A stretch of 64,000 bases of DNA, taken from NCBI GenBank assembly GCA_044440125.1, contig JBITAJ010000027.1, positions 32,001 to 96,000 of the forward strand. The letters are read 5' to 3'. The notes beneath the pieces were generated by a model. The model did not search any database and was not told the DNA's origin. It worked only from the letters and a program-made list of their open reading frames with translations. The first letter of the stretch is position 1. Each line of letters begins with the position of its first letter. The DNA is from Sedimentisphaeraceae bacterium JB056 (GTDB lineage Bacteria > Planctomycetota > Phycisphaerae > Sedimentisphaerales > Sedimentisphaeraceae). A program made the position numbers and the translations under genes. This document shows, in pieces, positions 39,263 through 47,647 of this stretch.

Positions 39263-40333
39263 ATGAGGGATAAGGCTATAACCGCGGAATATCGTGCGTG
39301 GCTTTCTGATATTAAGAGAAGAGTGAGAAGTGCTCAGATTAAGGCTGCAACAGCCGTCAATACCACATTGCTTGAGTTTTATTGGAGCTTGGGTGCGGAT
39401 ATTGTTGAAAAGCAGAAAGATGCGGTTTGGGGCAGCGGATTTCTTAAACAGTTTAGTAACGATTTAATAGCAGAATTTCCCGAGATAAAGGGTTTTTCTT
39501 ATAGAAATCTGAAATTAATTCGTCAGTGGTATCTCTTTTATTTTAAAGAAGATACAAAAGGGAAGCAAGTTGCTTCCCTTTTAGGAGAAAAGGTATTGTT
39601 CAAATTATTCTCTATTCCTTGGTGGCATAATGTCGTAATCATTCAAAAATGTGATACTGTGGCGCAAGCTCTGTTTTACGTACGGAAAACTATTGAAAAT
39701 AACTGGAGCCGCAGCGTGCTTATTCACCAAATAGAAAGTGGTTTATATAGCCGTGAGGGGAAGGCGATTACGAATTTTAAGGAGACTTTACCTGCTTTGC
39801 AGTCTGATCTTGCTCGTGAAATGATCAAAAATCCTTACAATTTTGATTTTCTTACAATGACTGACGACTATAGCGAACGAGAGCTTCAGAGGGGTTTGAT
39901 TGGTCATATATCAAAATTTTTGCTTGAGCTTGGGGCTGGGTTTGCCTATGTTGGTAAGCAGGTTGCTTTGCAGGTGGGCGAGAGGGACTTCTTTTTGGAT
40001 CTACTCTTTTATCATACTCGCCTGCATTGCTATATTGTCATTGAACTTAAAGTTGTGGAATTTGAACCGGAACATGCCGGTAAGCTTAATTTTTATATCA
40101 AAGCTGTTGATGAGCAGTTGCGTCAAGAAGCTGATAAGCCGACAATAGGTATTCTGCTTTGCAAAGGGAAAGATAAGGTTGTTGCAGAATATGCGTTGAG
40201 TGATATACACAAGCCGATGGGAGTATCGGAATATGATCTTACTAAATCCCTGCCCGATGAACTGAAATCAAACCTGCCTACAATTGAAGAGATTGAAGCA
40301 GAATTAATGCAAGGGGATGAATATGAAGAATGA
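39263..40333 (+). CDS. YhcG/DUF1016 PD-(D/E)XK nuclease-domain protein
   Basis: YWSLG, GFSYRNL, KNPYNFDFL, FLLELGAGF, DLLFYH...IELK, GKLNFY. Confidence 0.9.
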   Translation: MRDKAITAEYRAWLSDIKRRVRSAQIKAATAVNTTLLEFYWSLGADIVEKQKDAVWGSGFLKQFSNDLIAEFPEIKGFSYRNLKLIRQWYLFYFKEDTKGKQVASLLGEKVLFKLFSIPWWHNVVIIQKCDTVAQALFYVRKTIENNWSRSVLIHQIESGLYSREGKAITNFKETLPALQSDLAREMIKNPYNFDFLTMTDDYSERELQRGLIGHISKFLLELGAGFAYVGKQVALQVGERDFFLDLLFYHTRLHCYIVIELKVVEFEPEHAGKLNFYIKAVDEQLRQEADKPTIGILLCKGKDKVVAEYALSDIHKPMGVSEYDLTKSLPDELKSNLPTIEEIEAELMQGDEYEE

Positions 40334-40422
40334 AGCCGATGCAAATTCAAAGATTAACAAGTGTTTATTCCTGGTTTCAGCAATTTCTATGTTTGTTTAA
40401 TTTTGTCCAAGGGAAATAGTAA

Positions 40423-40905
40423 TTCATAACAAAAAAAGTCAGTAGTCTCAAATTCTCAGATAAAGATGATGTGTATGATGGATTAAATGCAATCTATACT
40501 TCAATAGAGCAATCTGATATTATTAGTAATGAAGGTATGGCTTATCTTGTAAAGCATATCTCTCAAATGGTTTACTGGAGATGCAAAACAGAATTGCCTA
40601 ATACATTGCTTACTTGTGTGAATCTCATACGAAAATATCCAGAGTTTTGTGTAGATGAAATTGAGCAGAAGCTACTTTCCGGATTGCAGCAGATAGCAAA
40701 TGAGACTCAAAAGGATTCAACAGAATATGCTACGGGAGAGAAAATCAATATTCGTAAGAAATCTGCCGGTTTGGCTTATGGTTTATGTAAACTTTACGAA
40801 GATAGAGGTGAAGATATTCCTTGTGAAATTGAAATATGGAAGAAAATTTGTAAATCTGAAAATGAATTTGCGGAAATAAGAAATGAATGGATTGAAAAGC
40901 GGGAA
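40423..40905 (+). pseudogene. C-terminal remnant of a larger helical protein, read through in frame into the transposase
   Basis: Open frame from just after TAA at 40420 with no convincing start; AT-rich; ends EFAEIRNEWIE just before a REP palindrome. Confidence 0.5.
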
Positions 40906-40931
40906 AGGGACGACCGGCGGGTCGCCCGCAC
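40906..40931. repeat. REP palindrome copy 1
   Basis: AGGGACGACC-GGCG-GGTCGCCCGCAC upstream of the transposase start. Confidence 0.75.
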
Positions 40932-40953
40932 TGGGAGAAGAAAGGCTGGGATA

Positions 40954-41556
40954 ATGAATGAGAAATTGAATGTGCATCATCGGCGTTCTATACGTTTGAA
41001 GGGGTATGATTATTCGCAAGCAGGCGGGTATTTTGTTACGGTTTGTGTTGAGGGGAGGAAGTGCATATTTGGTGAAATTGCAGGCGGTAAGATGCGTATG
41101 AATGAAGCGGGTGAGATTGTTGCCGTCCAATGGCGGAGGACGAGCGATATTCGTGATGAGGTTGTTTTGGGTGAGTGGGTGGTTATGCCGAATCATTTTC
41201 ATGGGATTATTTTTATTCGAAGTGATGAGATGCGGGATAGGGGCGAGAGGCCGGATAGGGGCGACCGGCGGGTCGCCCGTACGGGGAGGGAAAGGGATGC
41301 CCATATGGGAGGGAGGCCGATGGGGCCGAAGGCGGGGTCGATTGGTGCGATTATGGCGGGGTTTAAGGCGGCAACAACCAAGCGGATAAATGTTTTGAGC
41401 CGTACGCCTTCAAAAAAGGTATGGCAACGTAATTATTATGAGCACATTATTCGCGATAATAGCGATTTAGACAGAATCAGGAAATATATTATTGATAATC
41501 CTCAGCGGTGGGAATTGGATAGAATCAATCCTTTTTTTGCAAATACAAACGGTTAG
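40954..41556 (+). mobile_element. REP-associated tyrosine transposase (Y1 HUH, IS200-related)
   Basis: RRSIRLKGYDYS, YFVTVC, MPNHFHGI (HUH), WQRNYYEHIIR, YIIDNP catalytic Tyr. Confidence 0.9.
41254..41282. repeat. REP palindrome copy 2, inside the transposase CDS
   Basis: GATAGGGGCGACC-GGCG-GGTCGCCCGTAC, preceded by partial duplicate GATAGGGGCGA at 41236-41246. Confidence 0.75.
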
Positions 41557-41634
41557 ATGAGTGTTTTTTGATAGATTTTGGTGTTTTAGATGTTATTATA
41601 TAGCCTTGAGTTAATTATATAGGGTTTTTTATAT

Positions 41635-42333
41635 ATGTCTGAAATCAAACGAAATCTTGAAGAAATCGAAGAGAAAATCGAAATTTGCTGCGGCAAGAGC
41701 GGTCGTAGTCGTAGCGATGTGCAGCTTGTTGCGGTTACTAAGGCGTCTGATATTGAGCAGATCAAGGAAGTTTACGATCTCGGCTATCGCGTATTCGGCG
41801 AAAATCGCTTGCCGCATTTTACCGAAGTATCGTCTGTTATGAGCGAATATGCCGGCGATGATCCTGTGCAGTGGGATATGATCGGACACATGCAGCGTAA
41901 CAAGGTGAAGAATTTCCTGCCATTATCTACGCGTATTCATTCGCTCGACTCTTTGCGGCTTGCACGTGAGGTTGAGAAGGTTGCCGCGGGGCTTGGTCGT
42001 AAGTTTGATTCATTTCTGCAAATAAACTGCTCCGGTGAGCAGCAGAAACATGGCATTGAACCGCCCGAAGCGGCTGAAATCGCCGAACAAATCGTGAAAG
42101 AATGTCCCTCAATCAACCTTGTCGGGGTTATGACGATGGCGGCGTTCACCGATGATGTATCACAGATAGCATCAAGTTTCAGGCTCGCGAAGACTACTTT
42201 CGATGGAATCAAGGCCAATGATTGGGCTGGCGAGGCGTTTAGCCGTCTGAGTATGGGCATGACAAACGATTATGAAATCGCCATCATGGAAGGCGCGACA
42301 GATATCAGGGTCGGCTCTGCGATATTTAAATGA
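41635..42333 (+). CDS. yggS: PLP homeostasis protein
   Basis: VAVTK, FGENR, IGHMQRNKVK, LSMGMTNDY, IRVGSAIF. Confidence 0.95.
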   Translation: MSEIKRNLEEIEEKIEICCGKSGRSRSDVQLVAVTKASDIEQIKEVYDLGYRVFGENRLPHFTEVSSVMSEYAGDDPVQWDMIGHMQRNKVKNFLPLSTRIHSLDSLRLAREVEKVAAGLGRKFDSFLQINCSGEQQKHGIEPPEAAEIAEQIVKECPSINLVGVMTMAAFTDDVSQIASSFRLAKTTFDGIKANDWAGEAFSRLSMGMTNDYEIAIMEGATDIRVGSAIFK

Positions 42334-42334
42334 A

Positions 42335-42420
42335 TAATGGGCAATTGACAATTGACAATTGATAATTGACAGGGATAATCTGTGAGTGTAGCGATTAGCT
42401 ATAAACTGTCAGCAATTAGC
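42335..42420 (+). repeat. Heptamer arrays between yggS and ftsY
   Basis: TAATGGG (CAATTGA)x3 TAATTGA; then GATTAGC TATAAAC TGTCAGC AATTAGC. Confidence 0.75.
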
Positions 42421-42446
42421 AAAAAATAACAAATTTGAGATAAAAT

Positions 42447-43379
42447 ATGGGTTTATTTAATAAAACAGTAGGATTCATAAAGGATCGCCTTTCTAAAACA
42501 CGTGAGCGTATAAGCAATTCGCTTTCGAACGTTCTTGTTTTCGGCCGTAAGATAGATGATGAGCTTCTTGAGGAACTCGAGGAGACACTCATCTGCGATG
42601 ATATCGGCGTTGATACGACTGAGAAGCTTATCGATGAGCTTCGCCGTGCTTACAAAGCGAAGGAAATTGTTAATTCTGAGGATATCATTCCATTCCTCAA
42701 AGGGCATATGAAGAATTACTGGCCCGATCAGGACAGAGAGCTTAAGAGTGCTCCTGAAGGGCCAACTGTTATCCTTGTTGCCGGTGTCAATGGTTCGGGT
42801 AAGACAACGAGCATTGCAAAACTGGCGTATACTCTCAGCAAAGGCGGCAATACTGTTATCGTGGCGGCGTGTGATACATTCCGTGCGGCGGCGGTTGATC
42901 AGCTTACTGTGTGGTCGGAGAGAATCGGCGTGCAGATTGTGAAGCACAAGCAGGGTTCTGATCCGGCGGCGGTGGCTTTTGATGCCTGTGATGCGGCGTT
43001 GTCAAGAAAGGCTGATTATCTGATTGTGGACACTGCCGGTCGTCTTCATACCCAGAAGCACCTTATGAAAGAGCTTGAGAAGATCAAGAGCATCATATCA
43101 AAGAAAATCCCCGGTTCGCCGCACGAAGTAATCCTTGTTGTTGATGGTACTACGGGGCAGAATGCGATTATGCAGGCTAAGGAGTTTACAAGCTCAATCG
43201 ATGTTACCGGCATATTCCTTGCAAAGCTTGATGGCACGGCAAGGGGCGGTATTGTGATTGCGATAAAGGATCAGCTTGATATACCGGTGAAGTTTGTCGG
43301 ACTCGGAGAAACGCCGGAAGATATTGCCGAATTTGACCCGGGCGAGTTTGTGGAAGCGCTATTCCAACAAGTTTGTTGA
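42447..43379 (+). CDS. ftsY: SRP receptor
   Basis: GVNGSGKTT, DTFRAAA, DTAGR, DGTTGQN, KLDGTARGG. Confidence 0.97.
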   Translation: MGLFNKTVGFIKDRLSKTRERISNSLSNVLVFGRKIDDELLEELEETLICDDIGVDTTEKLIDELRRAYKAKEIVNSEDIIPFLKGHMKNYWPDQDRELKSAPEGPTVILVAGVNGSGKTTSIAKLAYTLSKGGNTVIVAACDTFRAAAVDQLTVWSERIGVQIVKHKQGSDPAAVAFDACDAALSRKADYLIVDTAGRLHTQKHLMKELEKIKSIISKKIPGSPHEVILVVDGTTGQNAIMQAKEFTSSIDVTGIFLAKLDGTARGGIVIAIKDQLDIPVKFVGLGETPEDIAEFDPGEFVEALFQQVC

Positions 43380-43386
43380 TTTAATT

Positions 43387-43474
43387 CAGGCATAAGGGAA
43401 TAGGCATAAGGCAAAAGGGGTTAGGAATAAGGCAATAGATAAATAGGCAGAAGATAACAGGCATTAGGCATAAG
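43387..43474 (+). repeat. Left heptamer array (consensus WAGGCAW, about 12 units)
   Basis: CAGGCAT AAGGGAA TAGGCAT AAGGCAA AAGGGGT TAGGAAT AAGGCAA ... CAGGCAT TAGGCAT. Confidence 0.85.
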
Positions 43475-43496
43475 TGGGGATGATATGGAGGTGAAG

Positions 43497-43871
43497 ATGA
43501 TAAATTCTTATCGGGATCTTTTGGTTTGGCAAAAAGGAATGCTTTTAGTAAAGCTGGTCTATTGTGAGTCTGAAAGCTTTCCTGATTTTGAGATGTTTGG
43601 TCTGGCAAGTCAGCTTAGAAGAGCTGTTGTGTCAATACCAAGCAATATTGCTGAAGGATATGGACGTAATTCAACGCAAGATTACATGAGATTTTTGCGG
43701 ATGTCTATAGGCTCTTTATATGAAGTTCAAACTCAGCTTGAGATAGCCTGTGAGTTGAATTATATATTGCGTGAAAGGCTGGTTCAAATTAGTGATGTTA
43801 CTATTGAACTTGAGAAAATGTTAACGGTTTTGGTTAAAAAGCTCGCAAAAGGTACGAACAGGCACAACTAA
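43497..43871 (+). CDS. Four-helix-bundle protein (23S rRNA intervening-sequence protein / Avd-like family)
   Basis: SYRDLLVWQK, FGLASQLRRAVVSIPSNIAEGYGR, FLRMSIGSLYEVQTQL; GGAGG RBS before ATG 43497. Confidence 0.9.
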   Translation: MINSYRDLLVWQKGMLLVKLVYCESESFPDFEMFGLASQLRRAVVSIPSNIAEGYGRNSTQDYMRFLRMSIGSLYEVQTQLEIACELNYILRERLVQISDVTIELEKMLTVLVKKLAKGTNRHN

Positions 43872-43905
43872 TGCCTTTTGCCTTATGCCTATTGCCTATT
43901 GCATA
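43871..43905 (-). repeat. Right heptamer array, inverted relative to the left array
   Basis: ATGCCTT TTGCCTT ATGCCTA TTGCCTA TTGCATA; 43874-43893 is the exact reverse complement of 43399-43418. Confidence 0.85.
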
Positions 43906-43910
43906 AAATA

Positions 43911-44864
43911 ATGTCAAAACAGCAGTTATTAAATCTATACGCGAAATTCGATCGTATTGCCTGCGGTGATACGGTTTTGAGCTTTCTGGATCATTTGACT
44001 GTTGAGGCTGGTCTGGCAGATAATACCATTCTGGGTTATGGACGAGATCTGCTTGCTTTTCTTGAGTATTGTCAGCAGCGAGGAGTGGTTTCCTTTTCCG
44101 ATATCAATACGGACGTTGTTTTTGATTATCATCATCATCTGCTCAGTAAGAATGCCTCTGAAAACAGCCTTGCAAGGGCTTTGGTAGCGGTCAAAATGCT
44201 GCTGCGATATGCGTACAGCTACTCTCTTGTTGAAAAAGACCATACGATATTGCTTGAATCACCCCGCAGGTGGCAGAAACTTCCCGATGTGCTTAACGGT
44301 GATGATGTTATGAAGCTTCTCTCTGAGCCTGATCCCGAGCGTGATAAGTATTATTGGCGTGATATGGCTGTTATCGAGCTGCTTTATGCGACCGGTATGC
44401 GAGTGAGTGAGGCATCGGGGCTGCATCTGAGCGATGTCAACTATCAGGTGGGCTACATCAGGTGTTTGGGCAAGGGTAATAAGGAGCGGGTTGTGCCGCT
44501 GGGGGATGCGGCGATTGCTGTTTTGAGAAACTATATTGAGGAGCAGCGGGCCGATCTGGCGGGGGATAAAGAGAATGGAAGCTTGTTTCTGAGCAGCAAA
44601 GGTAATCCGCTTGAAAGGACGGCGATATGGCGGATTGTGAAGAAATATGCGAAAAGGGCGGGGATTAAGAAAGATATAAGCCCGCACAGCCTGCGGCATT
44701 CATTTGCTACGCATCTGCTTGAGGGGGGGGCGGATCTGAGAAGTGTGCAGGAGATGCTTGGTCATTCAAGTGTTACAACAACACAGATTTATACACATGT
44801 CGAGCAGGACAGACTCACAGAAATACACTCAAAATTTCATCCAAGAAGCAAACAGGACGATTGA
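43911..44864 (+). CDS. xerD: Site-specific tyrosine recombinase XerD
   Basis: LYATGMRVSE, GKGNKERVVP, SPHSLRHSFATHLLEGGADLRSVQEMLGH, TTQIYTHV. Confidence 0.9.
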   Translation: MSKQQLLNLYAKFDRIACGDTVLSFLDHLTVEAGLADNTILGYGRDLLAFLEYCQQRGVVSFSDINTDVVFDYHHHLLSKNASENSLARALVAVKMLLRYAYSYSLVEKDHTILLESPRRWQKLPDVLNGDDVMKLLSEPDPERDKYYWRDMAVIELLYATGMRVSEASGLHLSDVNYQVGYIRCLGKGNKERVVPLGDAAIAVLRNYIEEQRADLAGDKENGSLFLSSKGNPLERTAIWRIVKKYAKRAGIKKDISPHSLRHSFATHLLEGGADLRSVQEMLGHSSVTTTQIYTHVEQDRLTEIHSKFHPRSKQDD

Positions 44865-45274
44865 TCGCTAAAAAACTTTGTATATACAGAAATTTAGTTT
44901 TTTATTGCAATTCATATAGTTGTGACTTAAGTTTTTGTTAATCCTGTATTTATGTTAAAAATGTCTTTTTTGCTGTTTTTGGAAATTTCTAAATATGCAA
45001 ATTTTGTTTGCGAATTTAGCGTGGTGCATTTGATATTTATATGTTAGACTGATATTAAGTTCATGACGAATGTGAATTGACAATATATTAGATATCAAAG
45101 ATCGATATGTTAAATTTAAGTAAGACGGCTTTAAAGATTTTTTCTCGTTTTATAGAAGCGGGAATCATACCTCAGTGTGAGAAAGATATTGTAAAGAGAA
45201 CAAGCGGCTTGATATTGCAGCGAAAATAATGATTCTTTTCAATAGTTACTGTAAATACAGATAAAGGGAAACAA

Positions 45275-46138
45275 ATGCGTAAGGAAAAAGCTTTCACTCT
45301 TATAGAACTTCTTGTAGTTATTTCGATAATCGCGGTTTTGATGAGTATCATGATGCCGGCATTAGGAAAAGCACGTAGTTTGGCAAAAAGAATCCTCTGC
45401 GGTGCTAATGAGAGGCAGATACTTCAAGGGTTGAATAATTATGCAGTTGACAATAAGGGGTATTTGGTTCCTGACAGGGGAATAAGGCCGAATAAGATGG
45501 GCAACCTCTCCGGTGGCACATTTTATCTTGCAGGCGGCGCTCCTCAGGCAGCCAGGCCGTGGGATTCAAGCCTTGCTGGTTATATGGGAACGGACAAAAA
45601 AGATATATTTAAGAAATGGCTGGAATGCCCGGCCGATAAAAAGCCACGTAAAAAACGTGAGACAGGATACGACCAGATATATCAGCCAGATTCAAAGGAT
45701 GAACCTCTCAAGCGTTCATACAGCCCCAACAGAAGCTTTTACAACGGCACCAACTATTATGGCGGGGAACGCAGTTGGCCGGAATTACAAGGAGATTTGT
45801 CATGTATCCCAACCACTATCTATAAGGTGAAAACTCCTGCTGAGGTTATTCATCTTGGTGAGACTCATGTTGGAATAGGATTCCAAGGCAATCCTTACGG
45901 AGCAGTGCAGGGCAGTACAGTGTGGTCTCAATTTGCCAAACCTTTCGTTTCTACCGCAGTTGGAAATGATGAAAAACCGTTTTGCAGTGAGGAAGATCAT
46001 ATGCTTCATGAAGATGGAGGTAATTATGGTTTTGCTGATGGTCACGTAGAGTGGCATGGTCTTGTTAAAGGTGAAAATTATCACACCGGACAGCCCTATG
46101 CGGATTTGCAATATCCATTTAACTGGCAATGGCAATAA
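45275..46138 (+). CDS. Prepilin-type N-terminal methylation / H-X9-DG domain protein (DUF1559-like)
   Basis: KAFTLIELLVVISIIAVLMSIMMPALGKAR...C..N; C-terminal HEDGGNYGFADGHV. Confidence 0.9.
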   Translation: MRKEKAFTLIELLVVISIIAVLMSIMMPALGKARSLAKRILCGANERQILQGLNNYAVDNKGYLVPDRGIRPNKMGNLSGGTFYLAGGAPQAARPWDSSLAGYMGTDKKDIFKKWLECPADKKPRKKRETGYDQIYQPDSKDEPLKRSYSPNRSFYNGTNYYGGERSWPELQGDLSCIPTTIYKVKTPAEVIHLGETHVGIGFQGNPYGAVQGSTVWSQFAKPFVSTAVGNDEKPFCSEEDHMLHEDGGNYGFADGHVEWHGLVKGENYHTGQPYADLQYPFNWQWQ

Positions 46139-46208
46139 TATATAAATCAGTTGTATTGATGTGATTTGAATGTTTAGACTTAGAAGAAATTGAGAAATTG
46201 AGAGATTG

Positions 46209-47624
46209 ATGGGTATTGCGACCAGAAGAGATTTTGTGAAGATGGCGGGCTTATCATCGCTGTCTCCTGCCGTGCTTGCAGGTACGCAGGCAAAACAGCA
46301 GTCGGATGCTAAAAGTTCCAGTAAGAATGTAGTTCTTATAATACTTGAAGATATGCCGCTTATTCTGGGATGTTATGGGCATCCTGTTGTGAAAACCCCG
46401 AACATTGACCGGTTGGCGGGCAAGGGAGTTCTTTTCTCGCGTGCTTATTGTCAGTATCCGGTTTGCAATCCAAGCAGGAGCTCTTTCTTGAGCGGTCTGA
46501 GACCTGAGACGACTGATGTACTTGATAATCTTGAATCTTTGTTTGAGAAAGTTCCCGATGTGGTTACTTTGCCGATGCTTCTCAAAGATAATGGATATTT
46601 GACTGTGAGTGCCGGTAAAGTTGAACACGGCAGACCCGGACAGATTCCTGAGAACGTGTGGGATGTATCAGTTACGGCACGGGATAACCCTGCGGCCAAA
46701 GAAGGTATTGGCGGTAATCTAACCGGAGGCAAACTTTCGTGGTGCAGATGGCTTGCATCAGATGGTGAAGATAAAGAGCATGCCGATTCCCGGCTTACTG
46801 CCAAGACAATAAATTTTCTTCAGAAGAACCGCAGTGAACCGTTTTTCCTTGGCTTTGGCCCGAGAAAACCGCACGATCCGTTTGTAGCTCCGAAGAAATA
46901 TTTTGATATGTATCCTATCGAGCAAATTTCGCCTCCATTTATACCTGAGAACAGGACTCCTGAAACGGAGATAATGTACGGCAAGGATTTCATGGCTTGG
47001 AAGAATACGTTTGATGAATTTTCTGAAAAGGACAGGAAGCGATTTATACAGGCATACTATGCCGGTACATCGTTTGTTGATTCTCTGGTGGGTAAAATAA
47101 TGGACCACCTCGACGAAGCCAACTTGTGGGATGATACGCTTGTCATGCTGGTCGGGGATCACGGTTACAATCTTGGTGAGCACAACTGGTGGTGCAAGAA
47201 TGTTTTGTTTGAAGAGTCTTTGATAACACCATTGATAGTTGTCGATCCTGATCACAATAAGCCTGGAGCGGTTTGTGACGAGATCGTAGAACTGATCGAT
47301 ATCTTTCCGACGATTACCGAATTATGCGGGGTTGAGTATAATCACGGAATAGAAGGTGAGAGTTTTGCTCATCTTTTGAGTGACCCCGGTGGTAAAGGTA
47401 AAGAGGCCGCGTTCAGTGTGGTGGAGCGTCTTGAAGGATTGGGCAGGTCGGTAAGAACTAAACGATGGAGATATACCGAGTGGTATGAAGGCAAGGCAGG
47501 CCGTGAGCTTTATGATTGCTCAGCAGATGCCGGTATGTATAACAATATTGCTTATAAAGAAGAATTTCAACCTATATGTGCTAAACTGAGCAGTATGCTG
47601 CGAGATAGTTTAAAGAAAAGTTAA
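46209..47624 (+). CDS. Sulfatase (iduronate/choline-sulfatase-like), Tat-exported
   Basis: TRRDFVK, CNPSRSSFLSG, KPHDP, GDHGYNLGEH. Confidence 0.9.
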   Translation: MGIATRRDFVKMAGLSSLSPAVLAGTQAKQQSDAKSSSKNVVLIILEDMPLILGCYGHPVVKTPNIDRLAGKGVLFSRAYCQYPVCNPSRSSFLSGLRPETTDVLDNLESLFEKVPDVVTLPMLLKDNGYLTVSAGKVEHGRPGQIPENVWDVSVTARDNPAAKEGIGGNLTGGKLSWCRWLASDGEDKEHADSRLTAKTINFLQKNRSEPFFLGFGPRKPHDPFVAPKKYFDMYPIEQISPPFIPENRTPETEIMYGKDFMAWKNTFDEFSEKDRKRFIQAYYAGTSFVDSLVGKIMDHLDEANLWDDTLVMLVGDHGYNLGEHNWWCKNVLFEESLITPLIVVDPDHNKPGAVCDEIVELIDIFPTITELCGVEYNHGIEGESFAHLLSDPGGKGKEAAFSVVERLEGLGRSVRTKRWRYTEWYEGKAGRELYDCSADAGMYNNIAYKEEFQPICAKLSSMLRDSLKKS

Positions 47625-47647
47625 CAGAGAAAAAGAACGGAATAATA

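Noticed and set aside
39075..39266. 63-aa ORF upstream of the YhcG gene
   Set aside because: AT-rich promoter-like sequence with no recognisable motif; cannot be supported as a gene.
43381..43608. 75-aa minus-strand ORF with CLMP/CLIP repeats, and the MPYAYCLL extension of xerD
   Set aside because: Both are artefacts of reading through the heptamer arrays.
43497..43871. Diversity-generating retroelement (Avd-like gene)
   Set aside because: No reverse transcriptase and no template/variable repeat pair seen in the window; the LamG duplication differs at all base types, not only adenines.
38603..43905. CRISPR array interpretation of the short repeats
   Set aside because: Units are 7 nt in tandem with no unique spacers, and there are no cas genes.
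43911..44864. Tyrosine recombinase as an island or prophage integrase
   Set aside because: Motifs match chromosomal XerD closely; no att repeats or phage genes are visible.
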